Of a stretch of DNA of 64,000 nucleotides, positions 12,695-24,610 are shown in pieces. Numbering within the stretch: the first letter of the stretch is position 1; each line of letters opens with the position of its first letter. The notes under the pieces were generated by a model that saw only the letters and a program-made list of their open reading frames with translations, had not been told where the DNA came from and did not search any database. The position numbers were made by a program, and so were the translations under genes. The DNA is from Octopus sinensis (taxonomy: Eukaryota): assembly GCF_006345805.1 (NCBI RefSeq), contig NC_043009.1, positions 64,108,001-64,172,000 on the forward strand. The letters are read 5' to 3'.

Positions 12695-13078
12695 GTGGAG
12701 GCGCAATGGCCCAGTGGTTAGGGCAGCGGACTCGTGGTCATAGGATTGCGGTTTCGATTCCCAGACCGGGCGTTGTGAGTGTTTATTGAGCGAAAACACC
12801 TAAAGATCCACGAGGCTCCGGCAGGGGATGGTAGTGATCCCTGCTGTACTCTTTTACCACAACTTTCTCTCACTCTTACTTCCTGTTTCTGTTGTACCTG
12901 TATTTCAAAGGGCCGGCCTTGTCATTCTTTGTGTCACGCTGAATATCCCCGAGAACTACGTTAAGGGTACGCGTGTCTGTGGAGTGCTCAGCCACTTACA
13001 CGTTAATTTCACGAGCAGGCTGTTCCGTTGATTCGGATCAACCGGAACCCTCGTCGTCGTAACCGACGGAGTGCTTCC
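12695..13078 (+). mobile_element. SINE family 2 copy
   Basis: Near-identical to 1833-2205. Confidence 0.85.
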
Positions 13079-13489
13079 ATCCCCCAACCATTTATATGTT
13101 TGTGTGTGTATGAATCTGATAACCAAATACAATTTACGATAAGAATTTAGTTTTATTTGGATCAAAATTCCACTGCCTTCAGAGTCAAATTTCAATGCTG
13201 TCGAATGCTTTGAATGATGTTGGCCTGCCTTCATCACATTTCAGAGTTTGATAGGGAGAGGAATGCATAAGACCGAAATAGATGGAGGAAAAAAGTGCAC
13301 GGTAGTTGTATGAAGTTTGAAAGAGAGAGAACGAAGCAGGAGAAAGCTTAGAAAGAATTAATCAGTTGGAAATGAAGGAGTATTGATTTTTATGTGTGAT
13401 TTGTAGGAGTAAATGTTTAAGACATGCAGGCCTGTTCAGCTATGAAAGAAGCCACAGGAATCGTCCCTTTGTAAATTATAATACAGTTA

Positions 13490-14080
13490 TTGTTGACAAC
13501 ATAATTAAATTGATCGGGTCTGGTTTGGTCCGCATCTCCAAGTGGAGAAGAAATGGGACGAAGTGACGAGCAGGGTAGCCAATCTTACCCAGTAAAGGGC
13601 CGAGAGAAAGCTATCCTTGAAAAGTTGGGTAGAGGTGACGAACGCTTACATCGCCTCTGTTATGTGTTACCGCTTGACCATTGTGCCTTGTCCCAGTTTG
13701 CATCTGACAAAACTGGAGTGCACACTCTTCCGCTTTCTGTGGAAGGGACATGTTCCACTGGTTAGGCACTCATTTGCTGGTAACACCCGCTTGGTATGCG
13801 TTGCAGCTGATGCGTAGACATACGCTGCGGTTACGAGATCTCCAGCGCTTCCTTGACGGTGAGCAGGTGTTGCTGGCATTTATCAGATAAGATTTTCCAC
13901 AACTCGTCTCTTTGACTGAGCTGCAGTTCTGGACCAAGCGTAGAGTGTCAACAGGTGCTTACAGTCTTCTGCCAGTCCAGCAATGCTGTTGGTGGAGGTC
14001 GTTCTATAGAGGATTAGTGGCGGGCAAGTGCGATGACGTTCTCTGGGCATCAACAAGAATCAACTGCAAAGTCTGTTCCG
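13490..14080 (+). mobile_element. Tx1/L1-clade LINE fragment (post-RT region)
   Basis: KLSLKSWVEVTNAYIASVMCYRLTIVPCP...LE..LFRFLWKGHVPLVR. Confidence 0.7.
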
Positions 14081-14351
14081 AAAGAATTATATATATGCGT
14101 GGAGGCGCAATGGCCTAGTGGTTAGGGCAGCGGACTTGCGGTCGGAGGATCGCGGTTTCGATTCCCAGACCGCGTGTGGTGTGTTTATTGAGCGAAAACA
14201 CCTAAAAGCTCCACGAGGCTCCGGCAGGAGGTGGTTATCCCTGCTGTACTCTTTCACCACTCTAAAATGCGGTGCTCCAGCATGGCCGCAGTCAAATGAC
14301 TGAACAAGTACAGAAAAAAAAAAAAAAAAATATATATATTATATTACATAC

Positions 14352-14410
<59 letters not shown>

Positions 14411-14518
14411 TACATACAGATATATATATATATATATATATATTACATACAGATATATATATATATATTATATATTATATATAGATATATATATTATATA
14501 TATATATATATATATATG

Positions 14519-16805
14519 AAAAAACAAGTCAAAAATAGAAAATGCTAAGATAATTTTATAGTGAATCTTTCAGTACCGGTTTCGGTCATTTTGAGACCTT
14601 TTCAACTGTACGATTAAATAATTAAATTTAGAAAAATTAGAAGAAAAGTTTTTTTAAAAGAATATTTCTATAGTAGTGTTCAGATATAAGTAGCATTCTG
14701 CCTTTCTCTGACTCCCTTGTTTGCACTTGTGTGTTCGAGGTCAGGTCGTTGTGAGTTCTTGGTAGGGTAGGTGAAGAATAAGGAGGCTGATGTGGTGAGG
14801 GGGTGGGGAAATCTGGGAATGCCTTGATGGTCGTATTTTGAATGGTCAGTGGCTGATAGCAGTCGCAGTTCAATTCAGGAATTGTTTATGGAATTTGCGT
14901 AGGCGTTATACTGAAAGACATTAGTGACAAGGTTAAGGGGTGGAAGGTGGAGAAGTAGAAGAAGAAGAAGAAGATGACGATGTTGATGATGATGATGAGA
15001 TGAAGAAGAAGAAGAAGAAGAAGGAGAAGGGAAGATGATGGTGATGATGGATGGTGATGATGATGACGACGACGATGATGATAATGATGATGATGAAGAA
15101 GAGAGGAAGAAGAAGAAGAAAAAAACAGAGAAGGGAGAATATGAATGGGTGAAAGTATAGCTGTGATGGGGCTGATTAGTAATGGATTCTATGGAGTGTA
15201 ATATTTGTGTGTGTATATATTCTTTTATTCTAAAGTGAGGTATATTAATTGTTTGTCGTAGACCCGTTAAGAAGTGGCTTGTATTTTGTAATAAAGAGAT
15301 TTTCTTTACTTATTCGTTGTCTCGAGGTTGTATCGTCCCTAAATTGGTAGAGGGGGAAAATCCTGAAGTTTGGTGTTTTTGTTGGCGCAAGTATCTATGT
15401 GTGGCTAAAAGCTATTTTTCTGTTTTGGGGAATTTTTATCTGGGATCTGTGCAGGGCCATTCGTTTACGCAAACCATTTTTTGTTTGGCCTATGTTCTGC
15501 TCTTGACACCGGAGCAGGTTAGTGAGTATATTAGGTTCTCCGAAGCACATGTGAAGTTGCTTTTCACTGTAAACCGTTGTCCCTGTTTGAAGGAGAACTC
15601 TGATCCCTCAATTAGATAGTCGCATATCCCGCAATTGGGTCTTCCACATTTTTTTACTGTCGGCTTCTGTGTTGAAGAGTGAATTCGGGCTTGTGTTAGG
15701 AGACTTTTCATGGATCTAGGCTGTCTTTTGCTTTTTATGATCGTGTGTGTTGGAGGATTGTGTTCATTCTGTGGTCTTTTTTTAGGAGGGGTATGTTGTG
15801 GAGGATGGTGCTGAAGCTTCGTTATTGAGAGGGTTGTGTGTGGAGATGTATGGTAAGGCTTTTGGTTGTAAGTTTTTCTTTGATTTGGGATGTCTCAGTT
15901 CCTTGATGTTAAGTTGAAGGGCACGTTGAATGCACTGTCAATAAGTGAAGGTGGATAGTTCCTGGTGATAAGGGTATCTTTAGTTCTTGTAGTCGTGTGT
16001 CTCTGGTGTTTGCGTTAGAGACTATAGTGCATATCCTTTTTGCTAGATTGAAGGGGATATTCATCCTGGTGTGTCTGGGGTGGCCTGAATTGAATGGAAG
16101 ATATTGCTTAGAGTCTGTAGGCTTATAGTATATGTCTGTTTCTATTATATTATTAGCTTTCTTAATGAGGATATCGAGGAAGGGGAGTTGTTGTTGGCTG
16201 TATTCCATCGTGAATGGATGTTTACGTCCAGTCCGTTTAAAATTTCCTGGAATTCTATGAGTTTTTCTATATTTTTATGCCAAAGGATGAAACAGTCATC
16301 TAGATATCTCTTCCAGTTGTTTCTATGTAGATGGAGAAAGGGCTGCCATATCTTTCTAGAACCTTACGATACAGACTGATCTCTAGGTATCCTATGACTA
16401 GGTTGGCAAAGGAGGGGGCCATTCGTGTACCCATCGCAGTCCCCGATTTTTGTCGTAGAAGTTGTCATTGAAGGCGAAGAAGTTATTTTCCAGGATGAAT
16501 TTAACCCCTTCTATCACAAATTCTTTTTTGATGCGGTGTGGTAGTTCGTTGGCGTGATTCTCTAGCCAGAATTGGATTGCCTCTAGTCCTAGGTTGTGGG
16601 GGATATTGGAGTAGAGTTGACTACATCGAAGGATACCAGTATGGTGTTTTTGTTTATAGTATTCGGTAGGTGATTGAGCATATCTAAGTCGTCCCTATAT
16701 AGCTTTTGACATGTTTGAGGAGTGGTTTTAACAGGGTGTCTAAAAAGTTACTGAGGCGGTGGGTTTCGCATGCGGGACCTGCTATTATGGGTCTAAATCT
16801 TTAAA
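14519..16805 (-). mobile_element. Penelope-like retroelement, 5'-truncated and decayed (RT + GIY-YIG endonuclease + 3' UTR with HHR), flanked by (TA)n
   Basis: Frameshifted peptides ...GTAMGTRMAP..., RYLDD, LPFLDILI..YYKPTDSKQYL..SGHPRH..IPFNLAKRI, KCGRPNCGICDYL...FTCASENLIYSLTC; (TA)n at ~14330-14518 and ~16810-16834. Confidence 0.9.
14564..14615 (-). ncRNA. Minimal type I hammerhead ribozyme, U3-A8 core variant, at the PLE 3' end
   Basis: minus strand: aatcgtacag-TTGAAAA-ggtc tcaaaat gacc-GAAA-ccgg-TA-ctgaaagatt; the palindromic ccgg in place of stem III is typical of PLE HHRs. Confidence 0.7.
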
Positions 16806-16837
16806 AACTATATATATATATATATATATATATACCA

Positions 16838-17247
16838 ATTAAGGACTGAACACGAAAAGTGGACAGTCAACATGCTAGATATAGACGTCAAATCGCCATT
16901 CTCCACAAAAGATTATGTTCTCAGATCAAACTCAACACAAAACCATAGCAATAAACAAGTGAAAAATATACGAAATAAAATAATTTCGGTATCGTGTTTG
17001 CATCTAGTCCAGCAAATTACATTTATAACGGACCATGCTGATGATGGCTGCAGTTTTCCTTGCGGAAAATAACAGCTGAAACTAATTTAGTACATGGGTA
17101 ATTATTTTATTTCGTATATTTTTCACTTGTTTATTGCTATGGTTTTGTGTTGAGTTTGATCTGAGAACATAATCTTTTGTGGAGAATGGCGATTTGACGT
17201 CTATATCTAGCATGTTGACTGTCCACTTTTCGTGTTCAGTCCTTAAT
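16838..17247 (+). mobile_element. Foldback element: perfect 148-bp inverted arms (16838-16985 / 17100-17247) around an HHR-containing spacer
   Basis: The arms are exact reverse complements read base by base; TA-rich flanks. Confidence 0.85.
17033..17097 (+). ncRNA. Type I hammerhead ribozyme (canonical core)
   Basis: ccatg-CTGATGA-t-ggctg[cag ttttcc ttgc ggaaaa taa]cagct-GAAA-cta att tag-TA-catgg; stems I, II and III all pair; GUA cleavage after 17092. Confidence 0.85.
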
Positions 17248-17350
17248 GGTATATATAAATATTTTAATCTTCGGATTCTTTTTAATATGCTAGACCACTG
17301 GTCTTAATTGATAAATATCAATTCTACCCTTAATTAATTTTATAATATAT

Positions 17351-17416
<66 letters not shown>

Positions 17417-17945
17417 TACATACATGCATACATACATAATATATATATATATTGAGGTTATGAGAGGTAATGGTGTTAAGAAGACCCAAAGGTGTCAGGT
17501 AATCCTGAGTAAGTACTATGGACAGACCATAGTTAAGCTCCATGTTCGGTGATTATGCGAATGAGGAGTCCAACGTAGGTCATATATCAGCACGTGTATA
17601 TGTAAAAAAATTAACAGAATGAGATAAAAATCCAAAACTGTGAAAGATTTCAGAACATTTATAAATGGAAGGTCTTAACAGCTGTTTCTGGGATATTTTA
17701 TATATCTCTTCATCGGAGACGGTGTGAGAAAATGGTTAAGCAATAGTTATTCTAGATAAGTAATGAAATAGAGAGAGAAGTGCAGGAATGAAAACAGAAG
17801 TGAGATATGCAGGGATATTGTATCTGCAGTTCCATTATTTAGGCAGAATGGTATACATACAGGATTCCTTTAGCTTGTAAGTTCCGATAGTATTGCATAC
17901 TATTGGAACTTACTCACAAGGTACAGGTAACCTATATGTATACCA

Positions 17946-18177
17946 GCGGCGAGCTGGAAGAAACGTTAGCACGCCGGGCGAAATGCGTAGCCGTATTTCG
18001 TCTGCCGTTACGTTCTGAGTTCAAATTCCACCGAGGTCGACTTTGCCTTTCATCCTTTCGGGGTCGATAAATTAAGTACCAGTTACGCACTGGGGTCGAT
18101 GTAATCGACTTAACCCGTTTGTCTGTCCTTGTTTGTCACCTCTGTGTTTGGCCCCTTTGTGGGTAGTAAAGAAATAT
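17946..18177 (+). mobile_element. SINE family 3 (ggcgagctggcagaaacgttagc...gagttcaaattcc...cctttcatcctttcggggtcgat)
   Basis: Copies or fragments at 3829-4060, 4750-4850, 5955-6033, 36151-36383-, 38448-38660, 53004-53115, 53555-53745, 56650-57510, 59870-60425, 63185-63270. Confidence 0.85.
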
Positions 18178-19149
18178 ATATGTATACCATTCTGGCTAAA
18201 TAATCGTCAGATCCCAAAGCCCTGTTGACTCAAGACTTCTTAAAAATATGGAAGAGGAAATGCCTCGCTACTCACAGGGGACAAGAATTATCTCCCTTTG
18301 CTACTAGCCATCTTGTGGGCTTCAAAAAGCTAGCAGGAACCTCCTGAAATGCAATAGAGTATGTATGTGTGCATGCGTGTTTGTGTCTGTGTTAGTCCTC
18401 CACCGCCGCCGCTTGACCACGGGTGTTGGTGTATTTATGTAAATTTCCACGCTGAATCTCAGGAGATAATTCATTTTCCAGTAAAATTTTCTAAAAACAT
18501 TTACAGAGTTTTAAAGTTTGCTAATTTTTTACTCAGTCAAAAAAAAAAAATGTAAAAAAAAAAAAAAGATTTGCAAGCTGTCACTTTGTGGATGACAGCA
18601 CGTGTTGTCAACTGTAAACAACTGAAATGGGATTCTGCTTTACGCACGCCATATAACCCCTTATAAAGTTTTTTATTTTGAATTTTAAGAAAACTTTTAC
18701 AAATTTGTATCCTACACACAGGAATTCATTCGATTATGCAAAAGCGAAAAAAAAAAGTAAAAACAAAAAAAGTAAAAACAAAAAATTCTGCGTGATTTAA
18801 GGCCTATTTAGCTGTTACTGTTAGAACATCTCATTCCGCTTGTGTTTTAAGCATTTGATAAGCGACAAAAAGAACACATTGTATGGAGCTTGGCAACACA
18901 TTGGCTTGTCACTATGGAAACAGGCACCCATATGTCTGGCTTTCGATTGCCTAAAATTACCCCAAATTTTCAATCTCTAAAAACTATTAACTTTTTATTG
19001 AATAATGGCAAAAATGAATTTCATGTCAATCTTTATCATACAATACTATACCAACACGCAAAATATGAAATCAATTGGAACAAAAACCGAAGAAATTGAA
19101 AAGTGGTAACCCAACAGAAAAGATCCGATAAAAGATATACATACATACA

Positions 19150-19960
19150 CCAATATACACAGATAATTAGATAAATACATAAATAATTAAAAGAGGTAAA
19201 TAAGTAGATTAAAGTGGAAATAAACTGGAAAGAAAAACATATTGTACCTGTGTAAGAAGCGTGGGAGTCACTGCAATCGGAAACGCTGTTGAGGTTGAGT
19301 TTATATTCACATGAAGAGGCAGATTCAATGATTTGCTTCAAAATGGTATCAGAAGTAGGCGTAGATGAGATATTAAGTTTATGCGCGCTGATAGAAAACA
19401 GAAGTAACTCCTATAAATAACTCCCACATAGGATTCTAGTATATCTGCACAAGTTCCTTCCTGACACTTTATCCGTTGCACAGTGTTTCTAATTTTGTAG
19501 TTGGTAAGTAGGTTAATAGCATGTTACACATAATAGAGACTATTGAATGGAGGTCAAACCGGTCTTTGTCAAATAGGTGTTACCCTACTCATAATAGATT
19601 TTATAGCTCCCCCTTTCTCTTTTCTTTGACCTAGATATTAGGCTCGGTTGCGTGGGGTGGAAAGTAGTAGCGGCGTGGAAGCACGTTGCTGGGGTCCACC
19701 GTTTGCGGGTAATTGTTGACTACGCCTGGCGGTCGACACCCCTGCACCACTCGGAGAACAGTCTTCCAACCCATGGGTATGTATGGGTGGTCATTGCTGG
19801 TGAGGGTTTTACGAGGTCGGAGTAGAAAGGTAGTTAAAAAAAGAGGTTCAAGCTGGTCGTACAGGGGTTGGGGTTCCCTAAATACTCTTGTTAGTTCATT
19901 CGTTATGTGTAGCGTCTACCGAAAGAGCATTGTTCTTCGTCTTCTCATTGACGTCCCTAC
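19150..19960 (-). mobile_element. Highly decayed Penelope-like fragment
   Basis: Remnants QRIKCQEGTCADILE / LIYAYF / MFFFPVY parallel the GIY-YIG region of the 14.5-16.8 kb PLE. Confidence 0.4.
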
Positions 19961-20208
19961 CCACTTAAAATGACGTGGACACTATACTACTACAAATTCA
20001 AAATCAGGTTAACTAACTGATTATTTAATTAATTTTTAATAGGCAGGCGTGGCTGTGTGGTAAGTAGCTTGCTTACCAACCACATTGTTCCGGGTTCATT
20101 CCCACTGCGTGGCATCTTGGGCAAGTGTCTTCTGTCTTCTACTATAGTGTCGGGTCAACCAAATCCTTGTGAGTGGATTTGGTAGACAGAAACTGAAAGA
20201 AGCCCGTC

Positions 20209-20249
<41 letters not shown>

Positions 20250-20369
20250 ACAGTGATCACCGTGACCGACCAGGCTAACAGATGTTGCTACACATCGCTG
20301 TCACAATGCGCTTCGCATTGTTTTAGCCTTCAAATGACGCCACCCCGCTGGCTAAGCGAGCAGGTCAAT

Positions 20370-20417
<48 letters not shown>

Positions 20418-20767
20418 GTATGTATGTGTGTGTATATGTTTGTGTGTCTGTGTTTGTCCACCAGCATAGCTTGACAACCGATGGTGGTGTGTTTACGTCC
20501 CCGTAACTTAGCGGTTCGGCAAAAGAGACCGATAGAATAAGTTCCGGGGTCGATTTGCTCGACTAAAGGCAGTGCTCCAGCATGGCCGCAGTCAAATGAC
20601 TGAAACAAATAAAAGAGTAAAAGAGTATTGTTGAGCTTTTACCCCGCCTAGTTCTTCTTCCTCCCACCCCTCGTTGTTCTTCCACCCACTCTACTTCCTC
20701 CTCTCCTCGTTCTTTATCTTTACGTTTAATATCTTTACTGTTATATTATTATTGTTGTTGTTGTTGC

Positions 20768-20809
<42 letters not shown>

Positions 20810-20811
<2 letters not shown>

Positions 20812-21195
20812 TATGTTTGACTTTTGCTTTATATGTGTACAAGTTGGCTCCAAGTCTCACCCAGAGACCTCAAGAGACAACAGGTTGGAAGTTCATGGTT
20901 GTTATTATGCCTAGTGTGTCATATATTTGTTTTTTTTTTGGTGTTGTACTAGTGGATGTCTAAACCCCCCCCCCCAAATTATGTTTGTTTTAAACCTTGA
21001 CATTACATAGAAAGTATTTTGCATAGGATATGAGCAGTTCCCATGAGCACTATCTTTTGAATTTCTGCCATTTTGGGGTTTCCTGGTATCTAAGTTAGGT
21101 AGCAATCAGCCCCTTTTGCTATAATTCCCAGGGCACCTATGACAACAGGTATTGTTTTAGTCTTCAGCTTCCACATTTTGCTGATTTCCATTATA
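20810..21195 (-). mobile_element. R4/Dong 3' fragment flanked by (TAA)n on both sides
   Basis: Nucleotide similarity to 4130-4450; (ATT)n at ~20745-20810 and ~21190-21243. Confidence 0.8.
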
Positions 21196-21249
21196 ATTAT
21201 AATTATTATTATTATTATTAATTATTATTATTATTATTATTATACGACA

Positions 21250-22370
21250 TGACTCAGGTTTGGTCATACTCCTGGTAGAATTTATGTGGGTAGTGGTTTA
21301 CCACTTCTGACTTGAAAGATCCAAACGATTTCACTAAGCCATCAAGTGCTCAAAACATTTTTGATGCTCTTTCCTGTCTCTTAGAAACAAACCTTCAGTT
21401 GAAGCTCTGCATTTCATTTCAATCACCTTTAATCATTTGTCTTATGTCATCACTCACATTTCCTAATGCACCAATTATCACAGGTAAAAACTTTGCAGAT
21501 TTCCTGTTCCAAATACTCACAAACACATCTGTTAAGAGTTTGTATTTTTTTATTTTTTCATCTGCTTTCTTTCCAATCCTGGAATCAAATGGACATGATG
21601 AAACCTTCAGTGAGCAATCGACTTTTACTTGTCTATTTTTCTAATATCTAGCTTGTTATGTTCTATCTTCTTACTCGTTTGAATTGAAAAATCCTACAAA
21701 ATGTTGCCTATTTCCGACTAAAGTACTCTGTCTACCCGACGATTTTACTATGTACTTACTGCTTCAAACCACCATTTCTGACAAAGCTCCAAGTGTAAAA
21801 CTTTCACAACTTGATCCTGAAGCCCCCTGTGTGTCATTGTTTCATTCCAAATTCCATAGACTCTACATTTTGCCGACACTCTCTCCTTATACTTATATTT
21901 TCTGAAGTTGTTTGTCTTCAGTGCTTGATCTTGAGCTGCTATAAATAAGTCTTTCCGTTTCCTTTTTCAATTGCCTTGCCGTTTATAATTTCTCTGTACT
22001 CTTCCGTAAATAATCTAGTAAGCTGTTTTGTTCCATCTTCCAAACCGATTCAGCGTATTCCACACTGGTCTCTTTTCAATTACAACCGGTTAATATCAGC
22101 TTTCTGATGGTGGACTCCATATATGGTCAGCAGCTTTATAGTTTTGCTGTCAAGTTTCTGTATTTCGCCTTTTGTCCAATCCATAATTCCAGCTCCATAT
22201 TTTATAATCGGCACTGCTATTGAATTAATCCTTTCAATAACATTTCGTGAATTTAACCTTGACTATAATATTTTCCTCACTCTCATTGTATACTCCCTAC
22301 TTGTAATTTTCCTCAACTCTTTTCTTTTTATTTCATCTATCTCCAGTATTCCCAAACACTCGAAGAATGG
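21250..22370 (-). mobile_element. Older R4/Dong fossil (RT C-terminal region)
   Basis: LGILEIDEIK..ELRKITS.EY..RVRKIL.SRLN..NVIERINSIAVPIIKYGAGI.DWT..EIQKLD.KT.KLLT...HHQKADINRL, with stops. Confidence 0.75.
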
Positions 22371-22984
22371 GTAAAACCAATACAAAGCTATAACAATAAA
22401 CTGAAACAAACGTATCGTGAGGGCGTCGGTTGTTACCTACTTCGTCCTGCGCAAAAATTTTAACGTGCACTTTCGAGTGCGAGAGTTGCAGAACGAAAAT
22501 TTTGGAGGGTAGTTTTTCACTCGTGAATTGATAAAAAGCACAAAATGTTTCTCATGTTTTATTTTCTATTTAATTATATTTTATTCTAATTGTTGTGTGC
22601 TAGCTTTCGCACGCTTTATTCACATTTTTTCCATATCGGGAGTCATTTTCCGGTTCAGTTCAGAATTTCCAGTGTTTTCATTACTGAGGGGATCAAATGA
22701 AGTCGAAACACCGTGCTTGTCGGTCTCCATTCTGAGTGAGCTCTGTTTTTTTAATACGTAAGTCTCTTAAAGAAGTTTCTCCGAGGTAAAACATTACAGC
22801 TAGTGAGGTACCACATTTGTACATACATAATAAATGTTATCTACATCGGTGATTCTTCAATATCCCTCTACAGAAATATATCCTCACCATTTAGAAATAA
22901 ACTACCCTCTTTAAGAATCAAAATCTCTCTGACCCTGCCAACATATTACTCTAAAAGAAGAAGTGGCTTCTTTGCGCTTTCTCA

Positions 22985-23135
22985 TTTTCTCTCTGCTTTT
23001 CTCTCTCGTTTTCCTTCTGCTCTTCTCTCTCTCGTTTTCCCTCTGCTCTTCTCTCTCCCGTTTTCCCTCTGCTCTTCTCTCTCTCTCGTTTCCCTCTGCT
23101 CTTCTCTCTCCCGTTTTCCCTCTGCTCTTCTCTCT
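22985..23135. repeat. ~26-bp pyrimidine-rich minisatellite (ttttccctctgctcttctctctctcg)
   Basis: Direct reading. Confidence 0.85.
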
Positions 23136-24610
23136 ATTCCTTGATTATCAAGTACAGTTGTCAGCGAATGAAATCTAAGGAAGTCTCGTGGGTTTGTGCC
23201 ATTATAAGTGTTCTTTTGTATTTCACAGCTTCGGCAAAAGCAGTCAGGTTGATCAGTGAATACTTTTAACTTATCATCAACCTATCGCCTACAACTGTTT
23301 CTCATCTCCACCATGGAAAGTTTCTTGTTCTATAGAATCGATAAGTATGGAGTCTACACAATCCTTTTTTATCAATTCTATTGAACACTAAAGTCTAATA
23401 ATGTCTCCTCCATCTGTAAATGGAGATGTTTGTCTAATAAAATATACAGGATATTAGGTAACATCACTTTTCCCACCTCCTTAATTTTGTGCGCATATGC
23501 TACATATACAATTAATTTACATCACTTCCTAAATGGCAAATATTTAAACTATTCTCTGTAGCCGCTATTCATATGGGCAATAAATCCTTTCGGTTACAAT
23601 TTACAGTTAGAATAACAGTCACTACTTTTGTAAATATATATCGTTTTTAAAAGCAGTCACCTTCTGTATATTCACCTCTGGCCATATAGAACGTCATATG
23701 TTCCAAGCACAGAAAGTTCTTAACATCAGACATTATATATGGCTTCAACCTGTCACAACTCAACTAAATTTTATGAGATCCTTATATTAGATACCTTGCT
23801 AAAAGCGTATCTTTTGACTTTGCAACACTCCACAGGCGACCAAGGAGACTTTGTAATCATCGCTGCGTCTGAGCAAACCTTCTGCTTCGAACTCAATCCT
23901 GCACGCATTTAGAAAGTACCCACCAGGATAAAAATACCTTCTCAAGAAATATAACATCACAATCAGCAACTCCGATGACTCCCAATGCATCAAGATTATA
24001 AGTTTTTGACGGTAGGTTGATAACAAAAAACAAGCAGTACGTTCCAAATCATATCCCCATTAGATGTTGGATTCTGTTTCGGCTGCAATCCATGCCAATA
24101 TCATCGGACATCCTACTGTCTCTTCTATTCCTAAGAAACATGCCTGACTGACCTTTCCAAGTGCCGATCTATTGCCTCCATTTAAAACAATCAAGCTGAT
24201 AGAAACAGTAGCAGCCAATCACTATCTTCATATTGAATCTTATCTCTTCGCTGTAATCACGGTTTACACAAAGTCAAATCTACCCGAACGCTCTTTTTAC
24301 CTATGAAATTCAGGGGTTGTCCGTTCGCCCTTGAAAACGTCGTCGGGATCGCACTGCACTCATCAGTATCCCATCGCATTCAAAAGTCGGCTATAAAATT
24401 TGCATGGTGTCCGCCGATGATGACTCACCACTAATATATGCCAGGGTATTGATAAAATAAGTAGCAGCTGATTATATAACTCCATTGTAAATCTATAACT
24501 TCCTACGAAATTATAAATTAATAAAATTGTAATAAATGAATGACAAATGTATAATATATAACAAATATTATTTACTGAAATTTTTTAAATACAGCGCATT
24601 CTGTAACCTT

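Noticed and set aside
20250-20350. Type II hammerhead-like fold (aggct..caatgcg/cgcattg..gatgt/acatc..tagcc) on the minus strand
   Set aside because: Core positions do not fit (no G12, H17=G, C3/A8 mismatch); treated as ordinary stem-loops.
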